A stretch of DNA of 58,498 nucleotides from Clostridia bacterium (GCA_017462545.1 JAFTQX010000019.1:1-58498), one strand, 5' to 3'; counted from the stretch's first letter, positions 26,539 through 36,431 are shown. Translations and numbers: made by a program. Notes: generated from the sequence alone by a model not told the origin.

Positions 26539-26753
26539 TCTGGCATAGAACAAATAACAAAAGCGGGAGAAATCCCGCTTTTGTTTATGGTTATGCCAAA
26601 CATACAAGCCATGTAATGGCGTCGGGATTCTTGAGCAGAAATCTTCGATTTTTCGCCCGTCAGGCGTATGGCATACGCCGAGGGGGAAAATCGGAGATAG
26701 AAAAAAGAGGGGTACTACCCCTCTTTTTCGGTTATGCCAAAAATCACACGCCA

Positions 26754-27377
26754 TCAGGTGTTCTTCATGATGACGGTTTCTACACAATCTCCTACATGCT
26801 CGCACGCATCGGAGCATTCCTCCATGCGGTCATAGATCTCGCGCCAGGAGAAGATCTCCAGCGTATCCAGATTCTGCTCACGCACGTGCAGGGCGGCCTG
26901 CAGGTAGAGGCGGTCGCACTCCTCCTCGGCGTGGTTCAGCTCTACGATCATATCGTGCAGGGTTTTGGACTTCTTAAAGTTATCAAACTCCTCCAGCATT
27001 TCCTTCATCAGGCGGCAAGAGGCGGCAATCTTCTTGGCAAATTCGATCGCGTCCGGCTGGACGGTGGTGATGCGGTCAATATAAAAGCACTGCAGCACCT
27101 CCTCGATCTTATCGGTCACCTCGTCGATGTTCTGGCTGAGCATGGCCAGATCCTCACGATCGATGGGGGTAACAAAGGCACGCGCCAGCTCGCGCGACAT
27201 TTCGTGCTTGATGCCGTCTGCCTCGTGCTCGATGGCGTGCAGGCTCTCAATCATGGAGAGAATGTTCTCTGCCTGATAGTTAGAGAGGCAGGTCACCAGA
27301 TAATCTGCTGCACGGCAGGCGCAATCGGCGGCGGCGATAAAGTTATCAAAATAAAAGCGGTTTGTCTTATTAGCCAT
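26754..27377 (-). CDS. DUF47 Pit accessory protein (PhoU-like)
   Basis: IEHEAD, FVTPIDRED, EEECD and DACEHVGD motifs; downstream of the Pit gene. Confidence 0.9.
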   Translation of the reverse strand: MANKTNRFYFDNFIAAADCACRAADYLVTCLSNYQAENILSMIESLHAIEHEADGIKHEMSRELARAFVTPIDREDLAMLSQNIDEVTDKIEEVLQCFYIDRITTVQPDAIEFAKKIAASCRLMKEMLEEFDNFKKSKTLHDMIVELNHAEEECDRLYLQAALHVREQNLDTLEIFSWREIYDRMEECSDACEHVGDCVETVIMKNT

Positions 27378-27409
27378 GATCTTTCTCCTTCAACTTTCTT
27401 ATATAACAA

Positions 27410-28474
27410 TCAGAATATCCACATGAACAGCTTGGTCATCAAGAAACCGATCAATCCGCAGCCGGGGAAGGTCAGGATCCAGGTGAGCACCATTTCCTTG
27501 ACCACCGAGAAATTGATGGCCGAGAGACGCTTGACCGCGCCAACGCCCATGATTGAGGTGGTTTTGGCATGTGTGGTAGAAACGGGAATGCCGAACACCG
27601 AGCTGAAGAGCAGCGCAATCGAGGCGGCAAGGTCTGCCGAAAAGCCCTGATACTTTTCCAGCTTGACCATATCCATACCAACCGACTTGATGATCTTTTT
27701 ACCGCCGATCATGGTACCAAGACCCATGACGATCGAGCAAAGCAGCATCAGCCAAATCAGATCGCCTGTGTTGACCGAGCTCATTTCCTGTGGGTTTTTC
27801 CCGTTGACGAGGAATATACTGAGGATAATAACACCCATAAACTTCTGCCCGTCCTGCGCGCCGTGCATAAAGGCCATGCTGGCCGCGCCAAAGATCTGTG
27901 CACCGCGGAAAAACGGCTCTGTCCGCTTGCGGGAAACACGGCGGAACACCGCAACCACGCCGCGGCAGACAAGCCAGCCAAGACCAAAGCCAAGCAAAAC
28001 CGAGATGGCCATGCCATAGAACACCTTGACCCATTCGTTGCCGTTCACACCGGCAAGGCCGCCGTGCAGAGCAATGGCACCGCCCGTCAGACCCGCGATC
28101 AGCGCGTGGCTTTCGCTGGTGGGAATGCCGAATACCCAGGCAAGCGTTGCCCAGACCACGATGGCAAAGAGCGCGGCAGAGAGTGCCACGATCGCCTCAT
28201 ACGAATTGTCGCCGAAGTTTACCATTTTGGTGATGGTTTCGGCAACGGTGGCATTGATCAAGCTCATCAGAAATACACCAAGAAAATTAAAGAATGCCGC
28301 CATCAGAATTGCCGCACCCGCAGGCATGCAGCGGGTAACCACACAGGTAGCAATGGCGTTTGGTGCATCTGTCCAACCATTCACCAGAATGACACCCAGC
28401 GTCAGCAGCACCGCAAGCAGCAAAAGCGGATTGGCGGCAAGCTGCCCAAGAAAAAACGATAGTGACAGATCCAT
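27410..28474 (-). CDS. Inorganic phosphate transporter (PiT family)
   Basis: NGWTDAPNAIAT, PTSESHA, HGAQDGQK and PVSTTH motifs. Confidence 0.93.
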   Translation of the reverse strand: MDLSLSFFLGQLAANPLLLLAVLLTLGVILVNGWTDAPNAIATCVVTRCMPAGAAILMAAFFNFLGVFLMSLINATVAETITKMVNFGDNSYEAIVALSAALFAIVVWATLAWVFGIPTSESHALIAGLTGGAIALHGGLAGVNGNEWVKVFYGMAISVLLGFGLGWLVCRGVVAVFRRVSRKRTEPFFRGAQIFGAASMAFMHGAQDGQKFMGVIILSIFLVNGKNPQEMSSVNTGDLIWLMLLCSIVMGLGTMIGGKKIIKSVGMDMVKLEKYQGFSADLAASIALLFSSVFGIPVSTTHAKTTSIMGVGAVKRLSAINFSVVKEMVLTWILTFPGCGLIGFLMTKLFMWIF

Positions 28475-28668
28475 AGAATACCTCTCTTACAAAGATATGC
28501 AAGAAGAGTATACCACATTTGACAGAGTTTGTAAAGCAAGAATTTACAAGATGAGAAAAAAATATTGCAACCTGATTGACAGAAAGGGGAGTTTATGGTA
28601 CAATATAAACAAGACAGCCCTTGCCAAGTGGCGAGTTTGCTGTTTAGATTACACCATGGGGGACGAAG

Positions 28669-29466
28669 ATGAGCGCCAAACGTATCCTGATGACTGCCGG
28701 CCGCGGCGGTGTTGGCACCGGCTTTTGCACGGTCAATCTCGGTTTGGCACTTTCGCGCCTTGGGCAGCGTGTGCTGCTTGTAGACGGCGGCGTGGTCTGC
28801 CGCTCGCTGGATGCGATCCTCTCCTGCTCCGAGGAGGTAGTCTACGACCTATCTGACCTTTGTGCCGGCCGTGTCGGTGCGAAGGAGGCCTGCCTCACCC
28901 CCGCACAAGGGGAGGGGCTGATGCTGATCCCCGGTGTGTTTTCCCCAACCGATGCGCCCAAGGCTGACGCGCTGCACCGTGCGCTGGATCCTTTGGCAGA
29001 CGATTTTGATTTCATACTGGTAGATGCCCCCGCGCTGCCCGAGGTGATAGCGGGCGCGCGCCGATATGATCTTTGCTGTATCGTGTCCGACCCTTCTGCT
29101 GCCGCGTTGCGCGGAGCGGAGAGAGTAGGCGTTACGCTATGTGAGGCGGGCGCCGGCGCCACGCGCCTGCTGCTCAATCGCTTTTCCCTGCTCCACCCGG
29201 CCGAGACCGGACAAGCCAATGCACGCACCCTGGTGGATGCGGCGCACACACAGCTGCTCGGCATCATACCGCCGGTGGGAGAGGATGAATTTTTGCCGCC
29301 GCCGCACATGGAGGATTATCCGCTGCTTGGCACGAAAGGACCGCACAAGCGTGACCGCGCCAAGACTGCCTTTTTAAACATTGCCAAACGCCTGGCGGGG
29401 GAGGATGTTCCCTTGCTTGCCGGCATGCGTGGGCTGCGTTTTCGCCGCCGCGCGCTACTTTACTAA
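28669..29466 (+). CDS. minD: MinD-like protein with degenerate Walker A
   Basis: GRGGVGTG, VLLVD, RSLDAIL..VVYDLSD, FDFILVDAPA, AFLNIAKRLAGEDVPL and basic C-terminal tail. Confidence 0.7.
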   Translation: MSAKRILMTAGRGGVGTGFCTVNLGLALSRLGQRVLLVDGGVVCRSLDAILSCSEEVVYDLSDLCAGRVGAKEACLTPAQGEGLMLIPGVFSPTDAPKADALHRALDPLADDFDFILVDAPALPEVIAGARRYDLCCIVSDPSAAALRGAERVGVTLCEAGAGATRLLLNRFSLLHPAETGQANARTLVDAAHTQLLGIIPPVGEDEFLPPPHMEDYPLLGTKGPHKRDRAKTAFLNIAKRLAGEDVPLLAGMRGLRFRRRALLY

Positions 29467-29486
29467 ACAATACGGGAGAAGAAAGA

Positions 29487-29924
29487 ATGGAAATTGCCAT
29501 CATTGCAGACGACACCAAAAAAGAATTGATGACACAGTTTTGTATCGCTTACAGTGGCATTCTGGGGCGTCACAATCTCTGCGCGACCCTGATTACGGGC
29601 AAGTTCATTGCCGATGCGACAGGGCTGGAAATTGAATATATGCTGCCCGGCGACGTTGGCGGTGTTGAGCAGATTGCCTCCCGCATTGCCTATAACGAGA
29701 TCGATATGCTGCTCTACTTCCGCGATTCCTCGCGTGAAAACAGCCCCTGGCTGGAGAGCGAGCGTCACCTTTTGCGCGAATGTGATATCAACAACGTACC
29801 GGTTGCCACCAACATCGCCACCGCCGAGGTGCTGGTGCTGGCGCTTGAACGCGGCAGCCTGGATTGGCGTGAGATCGTCAATCCCCGCTCTGAGTACAAC
29901 CGCCGCCGCAAGGGCCAACAGTAA
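29487..29924 (+). CDS. mgsA: Methylglyoxal synthase-like protein (catalytic residues altered)
   Basis: IAIIADDTKK, ATGLEI and NVPVATNIATAEVL fit the MGS fold. Confidence 0.75.
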   Translation: MEIAIIADDTKKELMTQFCIAYSGILGRHNLCATLITGKFIADATGLEIEYMLPGDVGGVEQIASRIAYNEIDMLLYFRDSSRENSPWLESERHLLRECDINNVPVATNIATAEVLVLALERGSLDWREIVNPRSEYNRRRKGQQ

Positions 29925-29935
29925 GAAAGAGAGAG

Positions 29936-29965
29936 AAAAGGCAAGCACGGTGCGCTTGCCTTTTT
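29936..29965 (+). terminator. Intrinsic terminator
   Basis: AAAAGGCAAGC...GCTTGCCTTTTT. Confidence 0.7.
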
Positions 29966-29975
29966 GTAATATAAA

Positions 29976-30401
29976 ATGAGCCATATGCATATTCACCTGT
30001 CCACGCTGACCTTTGATGCCGACGGACAGGGCGAGAAAAGTGAATATACCTACCACGGCCACTATGAAGAGCGTGGGGACGTTTGCCGCCTGCTCTGGCA
30101 GCGGGAGGAGGAGGGGGTCGTGACCAAGACCACGCTCTCCTTCCATCTGCAAGCAAAGGAGACGGTATGCATGCGCCAATCGGGCGGCTGCGAATATGAG
30201 ATGGTCTTTGCCGTGGGCAAGGAGCACGAGGGCATTTATCGCATCCCCGGCGCGGGCGATTTTGACCTGCGCGTCAAGACAGAGCGGCTAGAAAACACGC
30301 TCTCCGCGGTCGGCGGCCGGCTGCGCCTCGACTATGAGATGCTCGTTGGCGGTATGCGGCAGAGGATCATTCTGACGCTGGTGGCAGAGACGAAAGGATA
30401 G
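29976..30401 (+). CDS. DUF1934-like beta-barrel protein
   Basis: All-beta pattern; EMVFAVGKEHEGIY..PGAG and LDYEM motifs. Confidence 0.65.
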   Translation: MSHMHIHLSTLTFDADGQGEKSEYTYHGHYEERGDVCRLLWQREEEGVVTKTTLSFHLQAKETVCMRQSGGCEYEMVFAVGKEHEGIYRIPGAGDFDLRVKTERLENTLSAVGGRLRLDYEMLVGGMRQRIILTLVAETKG

Positions 30402-30405
30402 ACGT

Positions 30406-31440
30406 ATGCTGGTAAACGAGCTGAAGACAAAACTGAAAAGCGGCAAGCCGGAGGGGTGGTACATCTTCTGCGGCGAGGAGAATTTTCTCAAGCGACACTA
30501 CCTAGGCGAGCTGCGGGCTGCCATTTTGACCGAGCCGGCCTTTGATGCCTTCAACCATTTGGTGATGGAGGGAGAAAAGGTAGACTACGGCGCGATTGCC
30601 GATGCGGTCAAGGCCCCGCCCATGATGGCCGAGCGCAAGCTGGTGGAATGGCACCTGGGCGATTTTTCGGCCATGCGTGAGGGAGATCTTGAAAAGCTGC
30701 ACGCCCTGCGTGAGGAGGGAAAGGACTACCCCGAGACGACCGTTTGCTTTCTGGTGGATGCCGAGCGGCTGGATGTGGGCAATCTTCCAAAGCGCCCCTC
30801 GAAGCTCTACACGGCGCTTTCGAAGGATTTTTCGATCGTCTGCTTTGAAAAATCGACCGAGGCAGCCCTTGCTACCTGGCTTGACCGTCACTTTAAGCAC
30901 GAGGGGATAAACGCCTCGCCTGCCGTGATCCGCGCCCTGCTTGCCCAAAGCGGCACGGGCATGGACGCGCTCTCGGGTGAGGTGACCAAGCTGTGCTGTT
31001 ACCTCAAGGCCAACGGGCGCGACACGCTGACAGAGGAGGATGTGGCTTTGGTTGCCTCGCGCGTGACCGAAAGCGATGCCTTTGGTCTTTCTAACGCCAT
31101 TTTAGCGGGGAACGCCGATGCGGCCTACGCCTGCCTACGGGATATGAAGCTGCGCAAGGTTGAGCCGGCGATGGCTGTCTCCTCGGTTGCGCGCATCTAC
31201 AGCGATCTCTTGACCGTAGCCGAATTTGCGGCCGAGGGCACACCGCCCGCCGAGATCGCCGCGCACATGAAGATGCACGAATATAAGCTTTCGCTTTACC
31301 TCAAGGCGGCGCAGGGGCGCGGCATTGACCGCCTGCGCGCTGCGCTCTCGCTCTGCCGCCGTGCGGACATTGCCGCCAAGACCGGCGCGGGAGCGGACGG
31401 CTATCTTTCCCTTGAGCTTCTGATCGCGCGCACGCTATAA
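30406..31440 (+). CDS. holA: DNA polymerase III delta subunit
   Basis: YIFCGEENFL, FN, PPMMAERKLV and EVTKLCCY motifs. Confidence 0.9.
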   Translation: MLVNELKTKLKSGKPEGWYIFCGEENFLKRHYLGELRAAILTEPAFDAFNHLVMEGEKVDYGAIADAVKAPPMMAERKLVEWHLGDFSAMREGDLEKLHALREEGKDYPETTVCFLVDAERLDVGNLPKRPSKLYTALSKDFSIVCFEKSTEAALATWLDRHFKHEGINASPAVIRALLAQSGTGMDALSGEVTKLCCYLKANGRDTLTEEDVALVASRVTESDAFGLSNAILAGNADAAYACLRDMKLRKVEPAMAVSSVARIYSDLLTVAEFAAEGTPPAEIAAHMKMHEYKLSLYLKAAQGRGIDRLRAALSLCRRADIAAKTGAGADGYLSLELLIARTL

Positions 31441-31480
31441 GAAAAACGGCCTGCAAGAAAAAATCCTTGCAGGCCTATTA

Positions 31481-32452
31481 TTATGCAAATGTAATACCGG
31501 ATGCCTCGCGGATACGATCGAGAATGTCGATGGTGATGTCACTTGCCGTCTGCCAGCGGTGGGCTGTGTCACCCTGCGCGATCAGCGCGGCAAAATCACG
31601 CAGCTCGTGCACCATGTTGTTGGCAAGCGGTGTGTAGGGCAGCTGCTCCTCACCCCCTGCGCGGGTAGAGAGGACAACGCGCCCGGGCGAATTGAGCTTA
31701 TCCAGCGTCAGGCTGCCGTCTTCCCCAAGGAAGCAGGAGGGGTTGGCCGATGCCGTGATCTTGGAATAGCCGATCGACACGGTAAAGCCATCGTAGGAGA
31801 GCAGCGCTTCCCCGCCCCCCTCAAAGCCGTTTTCAAGAAAGACCGAGGTTGCCTGCACCGTACGGGGCGCGCCAAAGAGATAGGCCGCCACCGCCACGCA
31901 GTAAACGCCGATATCCATGATCGCGGCGTTTCCATAGCGTGGGTCAAAGGCGCGCAGCACCTCTCCCGTGCGAAAGGCATCATAGCGAGAGGAATACTGA
32001 CAATATTCCAGCCGCACATGGCGCAGCTTGCCAATGGCGGGCAGCTTTTCCTGCAAAAGCCCGAGCAGCGGGTCATGCAAGGGGCGCATCGCCTCCAAAA
32101 GGACCACACCGTGCTCCTTGGCCGCTTGGCGCATGGCACGCCACTCGTCCGCATTGGCGGCCACCGGCTTTTCACACAGAACATGCAGGCCGTGCGTGGC
32201 GGCCGCGATCGCGCCGTGGGCGTGGTGGCAATTGGGGGTAGCGACGTAGACCGCATCCAGCCCCGAGGTCAAAAAGGCTTCTTCATCGGTAAAGGTACGC
32301 GCAATGCCGTTTTCAGCGGCAAAGGCCTCTCCCCTTGCGCGGTCACGCGAAAGAAGGGAGGCAAGGGTGTAGCCGCCTGCCGCGCGTGCGGCATCGGCCA
32401 ATTGGGCGCTGATCTTCCCTGTACCGATGATGCCTAACCGAATCTCCTTCAT
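31481..32452 (-). CDS. Gfo/Idh/MocA oxidoreductase
   Basis: GIIGTGKI, YVATPN..H, CEKP, QYSSRY and MDIGVY motifs. Confidence 0.92.
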   Translation of the reverse strand: MKEIRLGIIGTGKISAQLADAARAAGGYTLASLLSRDRARGEAFAAENGIARTFTDEEAFLTSGLDAVYVATPNCHHAHGAIAAATHGLHVLCEKPVAANADEWRAMRQAAKEHGVVLLEAMRPLHDPLLGLLQEKLPAIGKLRHVRLEYCQYSSRYDAFRTGEVLRAFDPRYGNAAIMDIGVYCVAVAAYLFGAPRTVQATSVFLENGFEGGGEALLSYDGFTVSIGYSKITASANPSCFLGEDGSLTLDKLNSPGRVVLSTRAGGEEQLPYTPLANNMVHELRDFAALIAQGDTAHRWQTASDITIDILDRIREASGITFA

Positions 32453-33588
32453 CCCCGGCTCTCCTTTTTGAAATCGTTTTTGAAATACTGGTAGAGGAAG
32501 CAAGGGATCATGCCGTTATACAGCTTGCGCACCTTATCGGCGCGGCGGCCGTAGAATTTTTCAAACTGCGGGTGCGAGGTAATGACGTAGACCTGCCAGG
32601 GGGCAAGCGAGCGAAAATGCACACCGAGCTCACGGTAGAGCTTTTCTACCTCGGCGGGGGTCATCAGCCGTTCGCCGTAGGGGGGGTTGGTGACAATGGT
32701 GCCGCGCCGCCCGGGCGCGCTGATCTTTCGCGCGTCCGAGACGAAGGCTTTTACGGTATCCCCTACCCCGGCGCGGCTTGCGTTTTCATGCGCAAGTGCC
32801 ACAGCGGCGGGGTCAATATCGCTTGCAAAGACCTCAAAGGAATCGCGGATCTCCCCATCAAGTGCCTCCTCTCTCGCCAGGCGAAAGAGAGACGGGGGGA
32901 TGGCGGGAAACTGCTCGGCAGCAAAGGGGCGGCTCTTGCCGGGGGCAATGCGGCGGTGGAGCATGGCCGCCTCGATGGCGATGGTGCCCGAGCCGCACAG
33001 CGGATCCCACAGCAGCACATCCTCTCGCGGGCGGGAGATGGCCGCCATGGCGGCCGCCAGCGTCTCGCGGATGGGGGCGGCAACCGCCTCACGGCGGTAG
33101 CCGCGCTTGTGCAGCGGCGTACCGCTGGTATCGATCATCAGCGTAGCGCGATCCTTAAAGATGAAAAATTCGATCTGGTAAGTAACGCCCGTCTCCTCAA
33201 ACCAGGAAAGACCATAGGTATCCCCCAAGCGGTTGACTACCGCTTTTTTGATGATCTTTTGGCAGTCGGGCACCGAAAACAGACGGCTGTTGATGGCGTG
33301 CCCCTTGACGGGAAAGGCGTCTCTCTTGCCGATAAACATCTCCCACGGCAGCGCGCGCGTTCCCTCAAACAACTGGTCAAAGCTCTCACACGGAAAGCTG
33401 CCAAGAGAGATGAACACCCGCTCGGCATACCGCAAAAACACGTTGGAAAGGGCAACTGCCTCCTCATCCCCCGAGAAGGTCACGCGGCCATCCATCGTTT
33501 CGATGCGCTCATAGCCCAGCGCCTCGATCTCCTCGCCCAGCAGCCGTTCAAGGCCAAAAAGGCAGGTGGCAACCAGCGTCAGTCTCAT
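32449..33588 (-). CDS. THUMP-domain RNA methyltransferase (RlmL/YpsC-like)
   Basis: LHKRGYR, APIRETLAAA, DPLCGSGT and TNPPYGER motifs. Confidence 0.92.
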   Translation of the reverse strand: MRLTLVATCLFGLERLLGEEIEALGYERIETMDGRVTFSGDEEAVALSNVFLRYAERVFISLGSFPCESFDQLFEGTRALPWEMFIGKRDAFPVKGHAINSRLFSVPDCQKIIKKAVVNRLGDTYGLSWFEETGVTYQIEFFIFKDRATLMIDTSGTPLHKRGYRREAVAAPIRETLAAAMAAISRPREDVLLWDPLCGSGTIAIEAAMLHRRIAPGKSRPFAAEQFPAIPPSLFRLAREEALDGEIRDSFEVFASDIDPAAVALAHENASRAGVGDTVKAFVSDARKISAPGRRGTIVTNPPYGERLMTPAEVEKLYRELGVHFRSLAPWQVYVITSHPQFEKFYGRRADKVRKLYNGMIPCFLYQYFKNDFKKESRG

Positions 33589-34424
33589 GTGTTTTCTCCC
33601 TTCTTTGCGGGTAGGTAGGCTTCAAAAATGATATCGTCAAAGCCGCGGCTCTCTTGCTCGGCCGCGGTGCTCTTGACCGTCCATGCCATGCTCCACGCGT
33701 GGTACAGGCGGGTAGCGAGGCGGAAGGAGAGCAGATGGCGGTCTTCATAGCAGAAGGCAATAAAATCCGGCCGCGCGATAAAATTGGAACAGAGCAACTG
33801 CACGATCAGGTTGCCGACATTGCGCTTGCCCTTACGGAACAGGCGCGAGGAAAGCTGCCCGCGAATGACGGCGGGGCGGTTCTTTTTGAACCAATGCACA
33901 ACATAGGGGGTAAAGGATTCGATCAGATATGCCCCCTTGTAGGAATCAAGCAGCGCCACGGTTGCCTCGCAGACCGGGGCAATCAGGCGGTAGCCCTTGA
34001 TCTCAACGAGGAGCGGCACACGTCCGTCTACCAAGCGCAGCACCTCACAAAGGGTGGGAATGGTATGCTCGGTCTTGCCGCACAGCGGCATTTTTTGCAG
34101 CTCGGCAGCGGTATAGTCAGAGAGCTTGCCCTCTATCCCGCACACACGGGTAAGGGTCGCATCATGAAAGACCATGGCAACACCATCGCGCGAGAGCTGC
34201 ACATCCAGCTCGATGCCGTAGCCCGCGCGGCAGGCGGCATCAAAGGCGGCCAGCGAGTTTTCGGGAATTTCAGCATTGTGCAGACCACGGTGGGCATAGT
34301 GCCAGCCCATAAAGGGGGCGGCCTCACGGCGGCGACGGCCGGGGCAAACAGACAGCACATACAGGACAAACAAAAGGAAGAAGACCGCCAAAACGATCAA
34401 CGGAATAGCGATATAGGGAGGCAT
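33585..34424 (-). CDS. Glycerophosphodiester phosphodiesterase
   Basis: N-terminal TM segment; AHRGLH, PENS, ELDV, FHD, VEIK and AWTV motifs. Confidence 0.92.
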   Translation of the reverse strand: MPPYIAIPLIVLAVFFLLFVLYVLSVCPGRRRREAAPFMGWHYAHRGLHNAEIPENSLAAFDAACRAGYGIELDVQLSRDGVAMVFHDATLTRVCGIEGKLSDYTAAELQKMPLCGKTEHTIPTLCEVLRLVDGRVPLLVEIKGYRLIAPVCEATVALLDSYKGAYLIESFTPYVVHWFKKNRPAVIRGQLSSRLFRKGKRNVGNLIVQLLCSNFIARPDFIAFCYEDRHLLSFRLATRLYHAWSMAWTVKSTAAEQESRGFDDIIFEAYLPAKKGENT

Positions 34425-34482
34425 AGCAGTTCCTTTCTCAAAGCAGGCGGCGTGGGAATCCACGCCGCCTTATTTACACAAA

Positions 34483-36063
34483 TCAATCGTCTACATCCAG
34501 CGCCTCAAGGCCCTTTTTAGCCTCAGGCTTGGCATCACCATGGCGAACAAAGAGCATGGTCACAAAGGCCAATGCAACAAACAGAGCCGCATACGGGAAA
34601 AAGATCTTATCCATGCCAAAGCGATCCATCAAAAAGCCGGAGAGCACGGGGGTCAGCACCTGCGCCGACATACTGGCTGTGTAGTAAAAGCCGGTATATT
34701 TGCCCACGTTGCTGCCGCGTGAAAGCTCAACCACCATGGGGTAGGAGTTGACGTTGATGGTTGCCCAGCCGATACCGGCCATGGCAAAGAGGATATTCAT
34801 TACCATGAGGGGGCTGCTGCTGGTCATGAAGGAGGCGGAAAGGAAGGCGGTGAAGAGGATGAGAACACCGGCAAGGATCATCTTCTTTCTGCCAAGCTTG
34901 GAGGACAGGAAGCCGACCGGGAGGTAGGCCACAATAGCCGCCGCGTTGGCGATGAGCAGGGTGGTGTTATAATCCTTATCCAGCACCGTACCGGCATAGA
35001 CCGAATATTTGGAGGTGACGGCGTTATAGCCCATAAACCACAGAACGACCGAGCCGAGAATAAGGAAGAGGGAGATCAGCTCCCCACGGCTGAGCTTGCG
35101 CTCGCCGGATGCCTTTTCCTCTTCGCTCCCGTCACCCTCCAAAAGGCCAAGGCGGGCAGTCTCCTCCTGCATTTCGGCAGCCCATTTGACCTCACGCACA
35201 CGCCAGAGGAAAACGGCCAGCGCGATCATCATAATGCCTGCCACCACCGAGAAGAAGACGGTATAGCTCATCAGCGCATTGGCGGTTTTGCCCGTGCCGA
35301 ACACGGTGCCAAGCAGCAGCACGAGAATGCCGCCTGCCGTTCCCATCAGATTGATGACGGCATTGGCCTTGGAGCGCAGGGGCTTGATGGTCACATCCGG
35401 CATCAGTGCCACGGCGGGCGAGCGGAAGGTGCCCATGGCTACCAAGGTAAAGAGCAGGAGCGCCATAAAGATAATCAGCGCGGTGGGATCGTTTTCGGTC
35501 ACGATGGCGGCATAGCTTTGGCGGGCGGGCACCACGATGTTGGTGTACTTCTCGCTTGTCACCTGCTTACCGTTCTCCTCCACCGTTACGGGGATAGCGG
35601 TAAAGTCCTCACGGGAGATCAGCTCCTGCAGGGGCTTTTTATCGTCAATGACATCCTCTGTCGTCCAGTCCTGCACGGTGGGGTTGGCATCCCAAATGGT
35701 CTCGAGTGCCTCGGTATAGGCCTCCCCCTCGGTGGCGGTAACCTTTTCAAGCTGTGTGCGCTGCATGGCATCCGGCACGGAGAGCGTGACCAGCAAAATG
35801 GCAGCCACCACGGCACCGATCACGATAAAGGGCGTGCGCCGACCGTGCTTGCTGTTCACCTTGTCCGAGATCGCACCAAAGATGGGCAGAAGGACCAAGG
35901 CAAAGATGTTATCCAGCGCCATGATCGCGCCCGACCAAGCCTGCGGCAGACCGAATTTATCGGTCAGGATCTTGGGAACGATGGTATCATACGCCTGCCA
36001 GAAGGCAGAGATCAGAAAAAAGGCAAAGCCTACAAAAATAACGCGTTTGTAATTGAGCTTCAT
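34483..36063 (-). CDS. MFS/GPH-type sugar transporter with a large loop insertion
   Basis: ISDKVNSKHGRRTPF, RSPAVALMPD and G.YTGFYY motifs; about 12 TM segments. Confidence 0.85.
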   Translation of the reverse strand: MKLNYKRVIFVGFAFFLISAFWQAYDTIVPKILTDKFGLPQAWSGAIMALDNIFALVLLPIFGAISDKVNSKHGRRTPFIVIGAVVAAILLVTLSVPDAMQRTQLEKVTATEGEAYTEALETIWDANPTVQDWTTEDVIDDKKPLQELISREDFTAIPVTVEENGKQVTSEKYTNIVVPARQSYAAIVTENDPTALIIFMALLLFTLVAMGTFRSPAVALMPDVTIKPLRSKANAVINLMGTAGGILVLLLGTVFGTGKTANALMSYTVFFSVVAGIMMIALAVFLWRVREVKWAAEMQEETARLGLLEGDGSEEEKASGERKLSRGELISLFLILGSVVLWFMGYNAVTSKYSVYAGTVLDKDYNTTLLIANAAAIVAYLPVGFLSSKLGRKKMILAGVLILFTAFLSASFMTSSSPLMVMNILFAMAGIGWATINVNSYPMVVELSRGSNVGKYTGFYYTASMSAQVLTPVLSGFLMDRFGMDKIFFPYAALFVALAFVTMLFVRHGDAKPEAKKGLEALDVDD

Positions 36064-36131
36064 AGAGGTTCTCCTCTCGCATGATACCCGTAGTATTCAC
36101 CCCAAAGGGGCAACGGCAATCATACAGGTAT

Positions 36132-36160
36132 ATTTTACCACAAGGCGCGCCGCTTGTCAA
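36132..36160 (-). promoter_or_regulatory. Sigma-A promoter for the MFS-GDPD operon
   Basis: TTGACA-17 bp-TAAAAT with extended TG. Confidence 0.65.
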
Positions 36161-36270
36161 TGGGCAAGAAAAGCATCCACAGAAGAACAAAAAGCAACTG
36201 CCTATAAATATACCTTTTTCGCCGTAGACGCTATCCCTGTCGGGGTGGCAAGAACGTGATTTTCCTATAG

Positions 36271-36300
36271 AAAAAAGCCGCACACAAAGGTGCGGCTTTC
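36271..36300 (-). terminator. Terminator of giant protein A-peptide operon
   Basis: AAAGCCGCAC...GTGCGGCTTTTTT on the minus strand. Confidence 0.8.
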
Positions 36301-36314
36301 CCCTATGCAATAGC

Positions 36315-36431
36315 TTAAAAATCGAAAATGCTCGAAAGCTTATCGATTGCAAGCTCGTTTTCATCGGAGGCCATCAGAACGTCCGAGGTCAACACAAGAA
36401 TTTCACAAAGCGGTGCTTCGTATTTTTTCAT
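36315..36431 (-). CDS. 38-aa YxxP-motif peptide, copy 1 (MKKYEAPLCEILVLTSDVLMASDENELAIDKLSSIFDF)
   Basis: SD AGGAGG directly after the upstream stop; paralog at 46552-46668 differs mostly at synonymous sites. Confidence 0.88.
   Translation of the reverse strand: MKKYEAPLCEILVLTSDVLMASDENELAIDKLSSIFDF

Noticed and set aside
36315-36431. Classical lasso peptide cluster
   Set aside because: YxxP is present, but no lasso cyclase, B1/B2 proteins or exporter are encoded near either copy.
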